DNA of 49,938 bases from Pseudomonadota bacterium (GTDB lineage Bacteria > Desulfobacterota > Desulfobacteria > Desulfobacterales > RPRI01): positions 1-49,938 of the forward strand of contig JBDRRF010000060.1 of the NCBI GenBank assembly GCA_043825875.1, read 5' to 3'. Below are positions 40,061-49,661 of the stretch, piece after piece. Under the pieces are notes generated by a model, which saw nothing but the letters and a program-made list of their open reading frames with translations, ran no database searches and had not been told where the DNA came from. Both the position numbers and the translations under genes were made by a program. Position 1 is the first letter of the stretch. The number at the start of each line of letters is the position of its first letter.

Positions 40061-40107
40061 CCTTAAATATTACAAATAAAATAATTCTCGTCTATGAGAC
40101 GTATTCT

Positions 40108-40136
40108 GGCAAAGCCCTCTTCAGGAGGGCTTTGCC
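40108..40136. terminator. Perfect GC-rich hairpin (terminator or RNA stabiliser)
   Basis: GGCAAAGCCCTC / GAGGGCTTTGCC 12-bp stem; no clear U-tract. Confidence 0.5.
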
Positions 40137-40319
40137 CCTAGAAAACTATAGTTGCCTTACACCCATCTTTGAAACATTCCCCCGGCAAAGACAAATGACT
40201 TTGTTGTATTTCCCAATAATATTGACATTCTCTCATAGCATAGATAAATTGATTTTTATTATTTGAACCTGCCTGACTAAAAATACGAACACAATGCCAC
40301 AATAAAGGAGGATAACTAT

Positions 40320-41144
40320 ATGAAAAAAATATGCTTGTTTGGGATAATTATGTTTCTGATGTTTGCAACCGCACCTTTATATGCCGAAACTCCGGATGCT
40401 GCAGCTATAATTAAAGAAATGAACAATAACGCTGATACCTATCCAATATCAAAAAAACTCACTATCATTGTAAAAAATGGAGAACAAATAACCGGCCAAA
40501 TGGTAGCCGGAACTGCAAGAAAGAAATTTCCCGACGGCAGAAAATTCCTTTTGGTCCTATTGGAGCCTCAAAGCTTAAAAGGCCTATCTTATCTTTTGAA
40601 TGATTTGCATGATCATCCGGCCAAGCAATGGATATACCTTCCTTATATTGAAAGAGTTCGTAAAATCGATGAAACAAGCACTTACGAAAGCTTTCTTAGC
40701 ACAGACTTTACTTACGCGGATCTTAGTTTAATAAGCAGCAAAAACGAAAAATTCAAATATCTTGGGGAAGAAGAAATCGGAGGGATGAAAGCCTATAAAA
40801 TAGAATCGATTTCCAAGGAGCCAAACTATTATTATTCCCGTATTATTAATTGGATCACAAAAGATTCATTTTTGCTTATCAGGCGGGATTATTATTCTCC
40901 CAATAACATCCTATGGAAAAGGCAATTGTCTGAAAATTTAACCCTTATCAACGGAGTGCTTACGCCCTTAAGGATTCGAATGATTAACTTTCAAAATAAT
41001 ACAAGTACCGAACTGATTGTTAATGAATTAGATCCCGACATAGAACTTCCTGATGAAATTTTTGTGCCCGAGCAACTGAAATACTCTTTAAAATGCCCTG
41101 TTTGGCAAAAGGTCTGCTATCCAACATATAAAATGGATAAATAA
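40320..41144 (+). CDS. Outer-membrane lipoprotein-sorting (LolA-like) periplasmic protein, paralog 2
   Basis: QWIYLPYIERVRKI, SFLSTDFTYADL; paralog of 39236..40060. Confidence 0.85.
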   Translation: MKKICLFGIIMFLMFATAPLYAETPDAAAIIKEMNNNADTYPISKKLTIIVKNGEQITGQMVAGTARKKFPDGRKFLLVLLEPQSLKGLSYLLNDLHDHPAKQWIYLPYIERVRKIDETSTYESFLSTDFTYADLSLISSKNEKFKYLGEEEIGGMKAYKIESISKEPNYYYSRIINWITKDSFLLIRRDYYSPNNILWKRQLSENLTLINGVLTPLRIRMINFQNNTSTELIVNELDPDIELPDEIFVPEQLKYSLKCPVWQKVCYPTYKMDK

Positions 41145-41190
41145 TAACTATCTTAAATAATAATTAAATAAAATATTTTTGGAGGCTTGT

Positions 41191-41604
41191 ATGTTCAAAC
41201 GAATTTCTTTTGTTGGAATTATTGTCCTGATAACATTATATACCGGTCTGTTATATGCCGGACCAAATATGAATCCAGGCAAATGGGAAATCACCTATGA
41301 AACTGAGATGCCCGGAATGCCCATGAAAATGCCTTCCATTAAAATTACACAGTGTATAACAAAAGAACAAATCATACCTGAAAGCAAGCAACAACCCGGA
41401 CAGAAATGTACAACATCCGATATGAAAATTTCCGGTAATACTGTTTCATGGTCTCTTATATGTAATAGCCCTTACAACACGTCCAAAGCAAAAGGCAAAA
41501 TAACGTATAATGGGAACCAAATGAAAGGTCAGATGGAAATGGAACAGTCCGGCATGAACATAACTACCAAAATGAGTGGACAACGTATAGGAATATGTGA
41601 CTAG
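41191..41604 (+). CDS. DUF3617-like secreted protein
   Basis: Signal peptide; PGKWEIT...MPGMP...QCIT...C...C...GQRIGICD. Confidence 0.8.
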   Translation: MFKRISFVGIIVLITLYTGLLYAGPNMNPGKWEITYETEMPGMPMKMPSIKITQCITKEQIIPESKQQPGQKCTTSDMKISGNTVSWSLICNSPYNTSKAKGKITYNGNQMKGQMEMEQSGMNITTKMSGQRIGICD

Positions 41605-41841
41605 GAAATTATATAAAAAGGCAAATAAAGAGCCCAGCCGCAAGCAGCGAGGTATCTTTGCTTACTTCGTTCGAATTTAAGAATTCAGATTTACTGAATC
41701 TCAGGGACCAGATAAATAATTTTAATAATGAAATGAATGAGGTTCCCAATTTATCTATATACAGGTGAGCCAATTTCAAGCTTTTTTTCTGATGATTTTT
41801 TAAGATTAGCGGGTGACAGGTATCGGAGCAAGGCTTTTGGT

Positions 41842-42606
41842 TTAGAAGGCAGTTGACAATCCTTTATCTCCATCCCCATCCCTATTTAGCAACTTTAAAA
41901 GTAATTCCTGACGGTTAGACACATTTAGCTTTCTATGAATATTTGCTATGTGTTTATACACAGTTTGCCGGCTTAAAAATAAATTTTTACTGATATGAAT
42001 TGGAGTTATCCCTTTGCATAATAATCCCGCTATTTCCGATTCTCTTTTAGTGAGAGGCTCTTCGGACTTCGAAAATATAGCACAATTACTATTTACTGAT
42101 GGAGCAACGAACAGATTCGTGTGCAGGTTTGCGATATGAGTCTGTATTATACTCAGTATTTCCATTTCCAGTTGCGAAAATCCATAAGAACTAGTTCGGT
42201 CTATTGAAATAATGCTTTTGATACAATGGTCTGGGCTATAAAATCTATATCCAACACTATAATTAATTCTCTGGGGTTTGATAAAATCAGTTATAAATTC
42301 GCCGTTTCCATATTTACTCCAATCTTTAAATCCCTCATGGAATTTAAAATATGAATATCTACTGTCCTCTATTTTAGAATAATATTCGAGATATGCTCTA
42401 CTCCATTTAGGCTCCACCCCTAAAAGAACCTGGTCATATACTTTTCCTTTATCGTTCAAAAAATATATAAGAGCCTGATCGTAAGGGATTAGCGAATAGA
42501 CTTTTTTTAACATCTGTAGGCAAAGCTCTTTTGGAGTCCGCTCATTCCCGACCTTTTGTAACAAGGTATGAATTTTTATCCACGGCAATCCAACTGAACA
42601 ATGCAT
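41842..42606 (-). CDS. LuxR-family transcriptional regulator with N-terminal sensor domain
   Basis: LTKRESEIAGLLCKG...ISKNLFLSRQTVYKHIANIHRKLNVSNR. Confidence 0.88.
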   Translation of the reverse strand: MHCSVGLPWIKIHTLLQKVGNERTPKELCLQMLKKVYSLIPYDQALIYFLNDKGKVYDQVLLGVEPKWSRAYLEYYSKIEDSRYSYFKFHEGFKDWSKYGNGEFITDFIKPQRINYSVGYRFYSPDHCIKSIISIDRTSSYGFSQLEMEILSIIQTHIANLHTNLFVAPSVNSNCAIFSKSEEPLTKRESEIAGLLCKGITPIHISKNLFLSRQTVYKHIANIHRKLNVSNRQELLLKLLNRDGDGDKGLSTAF

Positions 42607-42913
42607 CAGATATCTTTCCTTGCGGTATGAAAAAATAAGAATAATGAAAATTTTCCATTAAGAAAATAAGTTTGTTTTTTATATCGACTGATTATGATAG
42701 AGTCTGAATTAATGCAATAAAAAAAATTCAAAGAGCTATCTATACAGATAGCGGTAACCTGACAAATCAGTCAATTCGAGTAAAATACATAATTTTAGGT
42801 ATAGACGTAAACACAAAACTGATTATATATTTTTAATTTAAGATCATTTCCCAGATGTATTAATTTTTAAAAAAGCGGGAATAGTGTATAAATGGACACC
42901 GGAATTAAATAAA

Positions 42914-43055
42914 GAGCCAATTGTAAAACGCCCCATTTTGGCCGATCTCTGCGTTGGGCTCAAATTTTAATCCTCGAAATACTCCATGTATTCTTGCGGT
43001 TATAATTTTAGCGCGCCTTGAGCTTGACCAAACTGAAACGTTTTGAAACCGGCTC
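42914..43055 (-). mobile_element. 142-bp MITE copy 5 (inverted, diverged)
   Basis: Reverse complement of the same element; terminal repeats are eroded and flanks (TAAA/TGTA) no longer form a duplication. Confidence 0.85.
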
Positions 43056-43087
43056 TGTAGATTTTAATTAACAAAGGGGAAATTAAA

Positions 43088-43984
43088 ATGAAAGATTATT
43101 TCGGATATGAAGGAAAGGTATGTGTAGTGACCGGCGCTGCTTCAGGCATGGGCAAGGCTGTTACAGAGATGCTGGTTGATCTCGGAGCCCAAGTCTATGC
43201 TCTGGATATGAACGAGGTTACCATACCCGGCATTAATAAATTCATCAAGGTTAATCTCGGAGAAAAGCAGTCCATTGACAATGCATTCAAGGAACTTCCT
43301 TTGCAGATTGATAAATTCTTCGGCATTGCAGGCCTCTCCGGCATCAAGACAGATTATTATGTCACCTTTACTGTGAACTTTATCGCTAACAAATATATGA
43401 CTGAAGAATATCTTGATAAGCGTGTAAATAACGGCGGCAGCATTGCCTACATCACTTCTACAGGAGGCATGAACTGGGAAAAGTATCAGTGGGAATATAA
43501 AAAAATAGTGACTGCCAGCACCTGGGAGGCAATGACAGAAGCTCTTCATAAAAAAGCACCAAAGGATGGGTATGGCCCCTTCTCATATGTGCTCTCAAAA
43601 AGAGCTATGAATTATTATGTATCAACCAAATTTAATCATTTTGCCAAAAAGAATATCCGCATGAATTATGTTATGCCCGGAAGCACTGACACAGGAATGA
43701 AAGCTGAATTTGAAAAGGTTATGGGCGGCGAAGATAAGCTTGTCAAACAGGCCGGAATTGCAGGCAGGCTTGCTGAATCGCGGGAAATGGCTGAGCCGCT
43801 TGTTTTTATAAATAGCGATATGGCTTCGTTTATCACTGGCTACGGGCTAATTGTGGATTACGGCGATCAGACTATGAAGACCTTGAAACTTAAAAAAGAC
43901 CTTCAGAAGATGCCGGTAGGATTTAAGTTCTATCATACTAAACTGTTTAAGTATATTGTTCAAAAATATATTGAGCGTAGTTAA
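43088..43984 (+). CDS. SDR-family oxidoreductase
   Basis: TGAASGMG, YITS, catalytic YVLSK, PGSTDT. Confidence 0.9.
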   Translation: MKDYFGYEGKVCVVTGAASGMGKAVTEMLVDLGAQVYALDMNEVTIPGINKFIKVNLGEKQSIDNAFKELPLQIDKFFGIAGLSGIKTDYYVTFTVNFIANKYMTEEYLDKRVNNGGSIAYITSTGGMNWEKYQWEYKKIVTASTWEAMTEALHKKAPKDGYGPFSYVLSKRAMNYYVSTKFNHFAKKNIRMNYVMPGSTDTGMKAEFEKVMGGEDKLVKQAGIAGRLAESREMAEPLVFINSDMASFITGYGLIVDYGDQTMKTLKLKKDLQKMPVGFKFYHTKLFKYIVQKYIERS

Positions 43985-43999
43985 TTGAGGTGAAACTTT

Positions 44000-46135
44000 A
44001 TGAAAGGCATTCATGGAAAGATTCTTGTCGTTAATCTGACTGAAAGAAGCTATGAGATAGAAGAACTGCCTGAAGAGATTTATCGCCGGTATCTTGGCGG
44101 ATATGGGCTCGGAGCTTATTATATTTATAAGCATATCAAGCCCGGCTGCGATCCTCTTGGGCCTGATAATATACTCGGATTTACTCCCGGACTTTTCACC
44201 GGCTCAGGAGCAGGGTTTTCCGGCAGATATATGGTCTGCGGCAAAAGTCCGTTAACCGGAAAAGGAATTCGGTCAAATGGTGAGCAGTGCAACGGAGGCT
44301 GGGGAAATGCGAATTCAGGAGGCACGTTCGGGCCTTCCATCAAAAAAGCAGGTTTTGATGCAATATTTTTTAAAGGTCAGTCAGAAAAGCCCGTTTATCT
44401 TCTTATTGCAAATGATAAAATATCGATCGAAGATGCCGGCTTTCTCTGGGGCAAAGATACTGTAGAGACTGAAGAAGAATTGGCTCATCTGCACGGTGCG
44501 CGCGCTAAAGTCGCCTCTATAGGTCCGGCTGGTGAGAATTTATCTCTCATTTCAGGCATATGCAACGACAAGGGCCGTATCGCTGCACGCAGCGGCCTTG
44601 GCGCAGTTATGGGCAGCAAAAAACTAAAGGCTGTGTGTCTGCTGGCAGGAAAAGCGAAAGTCGAATACGCAGACAAAGTTAAGATTCGGGAGATAACAAA
44701 GGAGTATTACACGAGGGTACAGGGTTTTAAACAAAACAAGTTAATGATCAAACTGGGTCCATTGTTTGACTACTTTGCGCCGGTTATGCGTTTATTAAAA
44801 ATGCCCCTTGCTGCTTCTCCTGAATCTCTCGGACCTGTTCTCGGCGGTACTTACGGAGGAGCTAAGCTTGGAACACCAATGAGCGCGGTTATCTCCGCTC
44901 AGACCGGTGATTCGCCGGTAAAAAACTATAAGGGCGCAGCCGTTCCGGATTTTCCGATGAAGAAAGCAATGAAGCTTCGCGGTAAGAGATATCTGGATTA
45001 TGGGAAAAAGCAGTATGGCTGTCATTCATGTCCGTTGCACTGCGGTTATATTCTGAAATATGACAAACTGCCGTATAAGGATAAGGAAACTCATCGTCCC
45101 GAATACGAGACAGTTGCTTCATTCGGCTCATTAATATTAAACGAGGATATAGATCTGGTATTGCAGGCTAACGAGTATCTAAACCGTGTCTGCCTTGATA
45201 CCATATCCGCGGGCGTAGTAGTGGCATATGTGCTTGAGGGAGTTGAGGAAGGGTTTTTCAAGAAAGAGGCTTTTGCCTGCAAGGAGTATCCCGAAGGATT
45301 CCTTCCAATATGGGGTGATCCTACATATGTTATGCAATTATTAAAACTCATGACTACGCGTGAGGGAATAGGGGATAAGCTTGCAGACGGAGTATGGGTT
45401 GCCAAAAAACACTTTCCGGGAACAGAGTATTTTGCAATTGATGCAAACGGTTCTGAGATGGGCATGCACGACCTGCGTGTTGGGCATGGATGGGCTATGT
45501 CCTACATTTCAGACCCGACGCCTGGCAGGCATACAACTGCTAACTATGATCATACAAAAGCCGGCACAACGCTTTTTTTCCCGGAGATGGCTCATCTGAT
45601 TGGTCAAAGTTCCGAGCACCCCTATCAACAAGGCAGAATATCAATCTATCCGATCAAGCTGCATCAGGTGATGGAAAGCATAGGTGTTTGTATGTTTGTT
45701 TATTTTTTTGGCGACTATAAAATGATTGATATGATCGAGGCAGCAACAGGCTGGAAAATGACACCGGAAGAAATTATGCAGATTGGAGGAAGAATACAGA
45801 CCTTGCGCCAAATGTTCAATGCGCGTGAAGGCGCAATACGGCATGAGTTACCGCAGCGCGCAATCGGCAGCCCACCGCTGAAAACCGGTGCTGCCAGGGG
45901 TCAGTCCTTAGATGTTGAGATAACTATACAGGGTTACTACGAGGCCATGGGCTACAGGAATGACGGTGTACCAAGAGAAGAAACACTTCGTGCCTACGGG
46001 CTTGATGACATAATACCTGATCTGGCGAAATGCACGGGCGCGCCCGAAAGACTGGTCAACGAGTGGCTGTACTCAGGAGCAGCTTTAATAAAGAAAAAAA
46101 AGAATAAAAAAGACAAAGCTGTAATTGGTGGCTGA
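44000..46135 (+). CDS. Aldehyde:ferredoxin oxidoreductase family (tungstopterin) enzyme
   Basis: YLGGYG, KSPLTG, IGPAGEN, RSGLGAVMGSKKLKA, CHSCPLHC, PEYET, LDTIS, GVCMF. Confidence 0.93.
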   Translation: MKGIHGKILVVNLTERSYEIEELPEEIYRRYLGGYGLGAYYIYKHIKPGCDPLGPDNILGFTPGLFTGSGAGFSGRYMVCGKSPLTGKGIRSNGEQCNGGWGNANSGGTFGPSIKKAGFDAIFFKGQSEKPVYLLIANDKISIEDAGFLWGKDTVETEEELAHLHGARAKVASIGPAGENLSLISGICNDKGRIAARSGLGAVMGSKKLKAVCLLAGKAKVEYADKVKIREITKEYYTRVQGFKQNKLMIKLGPLFDYFAPVMRLLKMPLAASPESLGPVLGGTYGGAKLGTPMSAVISAQTGDSPVKNYKGAAVPDFPMKKAMKLRGKRYLDYGKKQYGCHSCPLHCGYILKYDKLPYKDKETHRPEYETVASFGSLILNEDIDLVLQANEYLNRVCLDTISAGVVVAYVLEGVEEGFFKKEAFACKEYPEGFLPIWGDPTYVMQLLKLMTTREGIGDKLADGVWVAKKHFPGTEYFAIDANGSEMGMHDLRVGHGWAMSYISDPTPGRHTTANYDHTKAGTTLFFPEMAHLIGQSSEHPYQQGRISIYPIKLHQVMESIGVCMFVYFFGDYKMIDMIEAATGWKMTPEEIMQIGGRIQTLRQMFNAREGAIRHELPQRAIGSPPLKTGAARGQSLDVEITIQGYYEAMGYRNDGVPREETLRAYGLDDIIPDLAKCTGAPERLVNEWLYSGAALIKKKKNKKDKAVIGG

Positions 46136-46149
46136 TAAAGATTTTTATT

Positions 46150-46189
46150 AAACAGCAGGTGTTTATTGCAGAACACCCGCTGTTTTTTT
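46150..46189. terminator. Terminator between convergent genes
   Basis: AAACAGCAGGTGTT / AACACCCGCTGTTT stem with T7 tail. Confidence 0.78.
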
Positions 46190-46200
46190 GTCTTTATTTA

Positions 46201-46977
46201 CTAAAGATGAATAGTAGGATGCTTACCGCATATGGGGCAGTTCTTGTCGCGTTTCACAGTTTTTCTTTTAAATGTGCCATCCTTAAGATCGAGTTGCAGC
46301 ATGGTGCCAGTCAATGGTTTGCCATAACCTGTCAAAAATTTAATTGCCTCACCGGCCTGTAAGGCACCGAATGTACCGGCAACAGCCCCCAAAATACCAA
46401 CATCTCCGAAAGTGGGCAAAGCGATAGGTCCCGGCACTTCAAATACACAGCGCACACAGGCATAACCAGGCGCGTATGTCATGATCTGGCCGAGAGAACC
46501 CAGTACTCCGCAATACGAAAACGGCTTTTGCAGCAATACGCAAGTATCGTTAGTCAGAATTTTGCAAGTACTGTTATCTGAGCATTCTACGATAAAATCA
46601 TAATCGCGAATAATGGTTCCGATATTTTCCGCAATAATCTTTTTCGGGTATGTTAATATTTTTACATCAGGATTCAATAGTTCTATCTTTTCCTTTGCAG
46701 AGACTGCCTTAAGCTTTCCAATATCGGATACGGTATGAAGTATCTGCCGTTGCAGATTGGATAAGTCAACTATATCACCGTCCGCAATACCCAGCGTACC
46801 GATCCCGGCAGCAGCAAGATACAGTATTGCAGACGAACCCAGTCCTCCCGCACCGATCACGAGAACACTGGAAGACAGCAACTTTATCTGCCCATCCTCG
46901 CCGAACCCTTTTATCTGAATGTTGCGGTTGTACCGCTCTTTTTGCGTATCCGTCAATAACATGCTTATATCTTTCAC
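46201..46977 (-). CDS. MoeB/ThiF-family adenylyltransferase
   Basis: RYNRNI, VIGAGGLGS, SNLQRQILH, CVRC and CPIC Zn motifs. Confidence 0.93.
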   Translation of the reverse strand: MKDISMLLTDTQKERYNRNIQIKGFGEDGQIKLLSSSVLVIGAGGLGSSAILYLAAAGIGTLGIADGDIVDLSNLQRQILHTVSDIGKLKAVSAKEKIELLNPDVKILTYPKKIIAENIGTIIRDYDFIVECSDNSTCKILTNDTCVLLQKPFSYCGVLGSLGQIMTYAPGYACVRCVFEVPGPIALPTFGDVGILGAVAGTFGALQAGEAIKFLTGYGKPLTGTMLQLDLKDGTFKRKTVKRDKNCPICGKHPTIHL

Positions 46978-47708
46978 ATCGAGTGGCCGCCGTCAATGAC
47001 AAGAACAGAGCCGGTCATCCACGACGAGTCATCACTGGCCGAGAAAAGCGCGGCTTTTGCAATGTCTTCCGGCTGTCCGACTCTTCCGAGCGGAACCATT
47101 CCGTTAAGCACCGAAGCGTCTTCCAGTTTCAAAAGCGGAGTGTCAATGATACCGGGACAAATAACGTTGACGCGCACACCGCTTTTCGCGAATTCGGACG
47201 CAAGACATTTTGTAAGGCGTACGATAGCCGCTTTTGTCGAGCAGTAGGCATATTGATCCGAGACCATTAAAGCCGCTATTGAAGCGATATTAACAATATT
47301 GCCCTTCGTATTTTTAAGATAAGGATACGCCAATTTACTGAGCATAAAAACCGGTTTAACATTTGTCGCAAAATACGAGTCCCATTCCTCGCCTGTAATG
47401 GTCTCAATTGCGGGCGCTGTCAAATTAAACATACCCACATTGTTCATTAAAATGTCGAGTTTTCCAAATTTATCTATCGTAGTGGCGATAAGTTTTTCAA
47501 GTTCATTTTCATCTGTAACATCCCCTATGAATAAGATAGCTTCGCCACCTTTTTCAATTATGGCGTTGACTACTTTGTTACCGCGCTCAGCGTTTCTCCC
47601 GACGACTACGACCTTGGCACCCTCTTCGGCGAACAGCATTGCTGTGGCGGAACCAATACCGGACGTTGACCCGGTGATGATTGCAACTTTGCCTTCTATC
47701 TTTTTCAT
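46974..47708 (-). CDS. SDR-family oxidoreductase
   Basis: TGSTSGIG, NNVG, NIAS, YCSTK, PGIIDT, IDGG. Confidence 0.95.
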   Translation of the reverse strand: MKKIEGKVAIITGSTSGIGSATAMLFAEEGAKVVVVGRNAERGNKVVNAIIEKGGEAILFIGDVTDENELEKLIATTIDKFGKLDILMNNVGMFNLTAPAIETITGEEWDSYFATNVKPVFMLSKLAYPYLKNTKGNIVNIASIAALMVSDQYAYCSTKAAIVRLTKCLASEFAKSGVRVNVICPGIIDTPLLKLEDASVLNGMVPLGRVGQPEDIAKAALFSASDDSSWMTGSVLVIDGGHSM

Positions 47709-48253
47709 GTCTTTCCTTCCCTCTGTGATTGTTCGGAGAGATACTTAAAATTAAGCAATTGACGACGCATCATAATAAAATCTCCCCACGCCACGAATGA
47801 ACGCACCAACCAATGTAGTAGACCCGGGCGATATTTTGTCGTCAATTTGACCAGAAGACGACAGGTGTTCTGGCCCTGTGGAACAATGAGATAACTTATC
47901 GGGCAATCTCCTAAAACTCGATATCCGATCATGTTAGGTTTGAGCCTGAGTGTTATATATCGGTTTTGCTCGAAGTCAATTAATTCAAAAACGAACATCA
48001 AGTTTTGGCCAATTACAAGATTGTCTAAAGCCGGTGTCAGTTTCTGAGGGCTTTTGCGTCCGAAATTGTCAATCCAATCGTAGCTGTAAGGAGCAACCCG
48101 CATCTGACAAAGCCATGGAAATAGAGTTTCGGCAGATGCGTTAATCGTTATCCCTCGGTAATAAGGGGTATAAGGTTTTTGAACGAACCGATCGCAGGGG
48201 AATTGCAGTAAAAGCTCATGCGGAGTAGTTCCCCAATTATAGGGTATTTGCAT
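47705..48253 (-). CDS. Hypothetical protein, SRPBCC/polyketide-cyclase-like
   Basis: GGAGAG RBS before ATG 48253; RGITINASAETLFPWLCQM...YSYDWIDN...DFIMMRRQLLN. Confidence 0.65.
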   Translation of the reverse strand: MQIPYNWGTTPHELLLQFPCDRFVQKPYTPYYRGITINASAETLFPWLCQMRVAPYSYDWIDNFGRKSPQKLTPALDNLVIGQNLMFVFELIDFEQNRYITLRLKPNMIGYRVLGDCPISYLIVPQGQNTCRLLVKLTTKYRPGLLHWLVRSFVAWGDFIMMRRQLLNFKYLSEQSQREGKT

Positions 48254-48270
48254 CGTCAGTCTCTCCTGCA

Positions 48271-48330
48271 AATGAACGTATTGCTAAGTTGCAGCGCCTC
48301 GTTTGCGCTGACAACTGTAGCAAATGATGT
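48271..48330 (-). other. attC-like hairpin interrupted at one core
   Basis: AATGAAC..TTGCTA-AGTTG-CAGCGC loop GCGCTG-a-CAACT-g-TAGCAA..ATGT: perfect stems with two extrahelical bases; 17 bp from the start codon at 48253. Confidence 0.65.
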
Positions 48331-48460
48331 AACGCCCGGCATGGGCGTGAATTTATGGGGTGAAAGACCCCTGTGTATAAATCCTGTTAATGATTAATTT
48401 CATTAACATAAACAATAGCCGAAGGCAAGATCATCTTCGTGAGGAGTTGTTTGAAGGCGG
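48330..48460 (+). mobile_element. 5' remnant of a group II (class C) intron
   Basis: CGCCCGGCATGGGCGTGAA...GGGGTGAAAGACCCCTG...TAGCCGAAGGCAAG...CGTGAGG...TGAAGG matches the recalled domain-I start of IIC introns; no RT ORF follows. Confidence 0.65.
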
Positions 48461-48859
48461 TATCAAATAATTTAAAGAAGAGAAGTAAATACTGCTTTGA
48501 GCATTTTCGGCGAGAAAGCCCGTTTTAGTATGTTGGAGCGGAACAACTCCGGGAGGGTCAATTTAAGGGGTTCTTTCTGAATTTTTTAATCCGGATAAGG
48601 AATGAAGTGGCGGTCAGCTAATAGTTGGGATGCCGGATAAACGTAACGATTAGATAAAGAATTCGCCGCATGAGAGAACCGCCGGAAGCAAAGTGCACAT
48701 TACCAAAAGTGCAGCAATAGAACTGTTCTCTCAATTTGGCGAAGAATATAAATGATTATATAGAATTATATTTTACATATTTTTGTTTGACATAAGGAGT
48801 ATAGAATGTCCCAAAACATTCACATACGTTATCTTGGCAAGACTCAATCCACTATTTTT

Positions 48860-49417
48860 TTACTCCGCAGGACCGAAGGATCGGATGAAAAGATCGTGTA
48901 GGGCTTGCCGTCCGTCATCCGAAAGAAAGCGGGTTCCGGTGCCGGAAAACGTATCTGAAGTAATCACCGGTATGTTTTCAACCCATTGGCTGTTCTCCCA
49001 GGAAAACCATCCCTTTCGATCCTGATCATATACGTTAAGCGGCCGGTTAAATAGTTTTGCCAACTCAACACCCCAACCGGTTCCCCCCTTGACAGTGTTG
49101 TCCGCCTGTATCCACCCGACAGCAATGACATGGTAACCGCTATTGACCATGTGAAAAATGGACTGGATGACTTGTCGGATCTTATCCGTCTTGGAGTAAT
49201 TGCGTTTCATCAGTTTCGACACAATTTCCATACTGACATCACCCTTTTGCAGCTCTTCCCGGGTCAGTAGGCGTATACCCCGGGTTCGTTCGGTATCGTG
49301 CCCTTCAAAAGATATATTCACCTCTTTCATGTGCCATGCCTCGGCAAGTTTGCCGAATTCCGCCTCAGTTCCCTTGTGGCCGCCGCTGAACATCGTAATT
49401 TTTGAAATGTCTTTCAT
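48860..49417 (-). CDS. Hypothetical protein, SLOG/YpsA-like nucleotide-binding fold
   Basis: FSGGHKGTE glycine loop, VKGGTGWGVELA, GTGTR. Confidence 0.55.
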   Translation of the reverse strand: MKDISKITMFSGGHKGTEAEFGKLAEAWHMKEVNISFEGHDTERTRGIRLLTREELQKGDVSMEIVSKLMKRNYSKTDKIRQVIQSIFHMVNSGYHVIAVGWIQADNTVKGGTGWGVELAKLFNRPLNVYDQDRKGWFSWENSQWVENIPVITSDTFSGTGTRFLSDDGRQALHDLFIRSFGPAE

Positions 49418-49661
49418 TTTATTATCTCCTGAGTTATTGAGCCGTTGTGCGATTATGCAAAAAAAACACCCCGCCGCGGATCGGCAGGGTGAGCAAGTAA
49501 GCTAATGCAGCTTTTCCGGATTACAACCCTGGCCGTCAATTTATTTTCAAACAAAATAGCCCTGATTTTTATGCCCTTAATATATTGGTATCATATCAAG
49601 GCCAATTGGTTTTTTCAACAACCCGTTGATGAGACACCGGTAAGCTGGGGCGAAATGGCCC

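Noticed and set aside
48460..48730. Continuation of the group II intron or another mobile-element remnant
   Set aside because: No domain V/VI motif or RT fragment could be recognised; left unassigned
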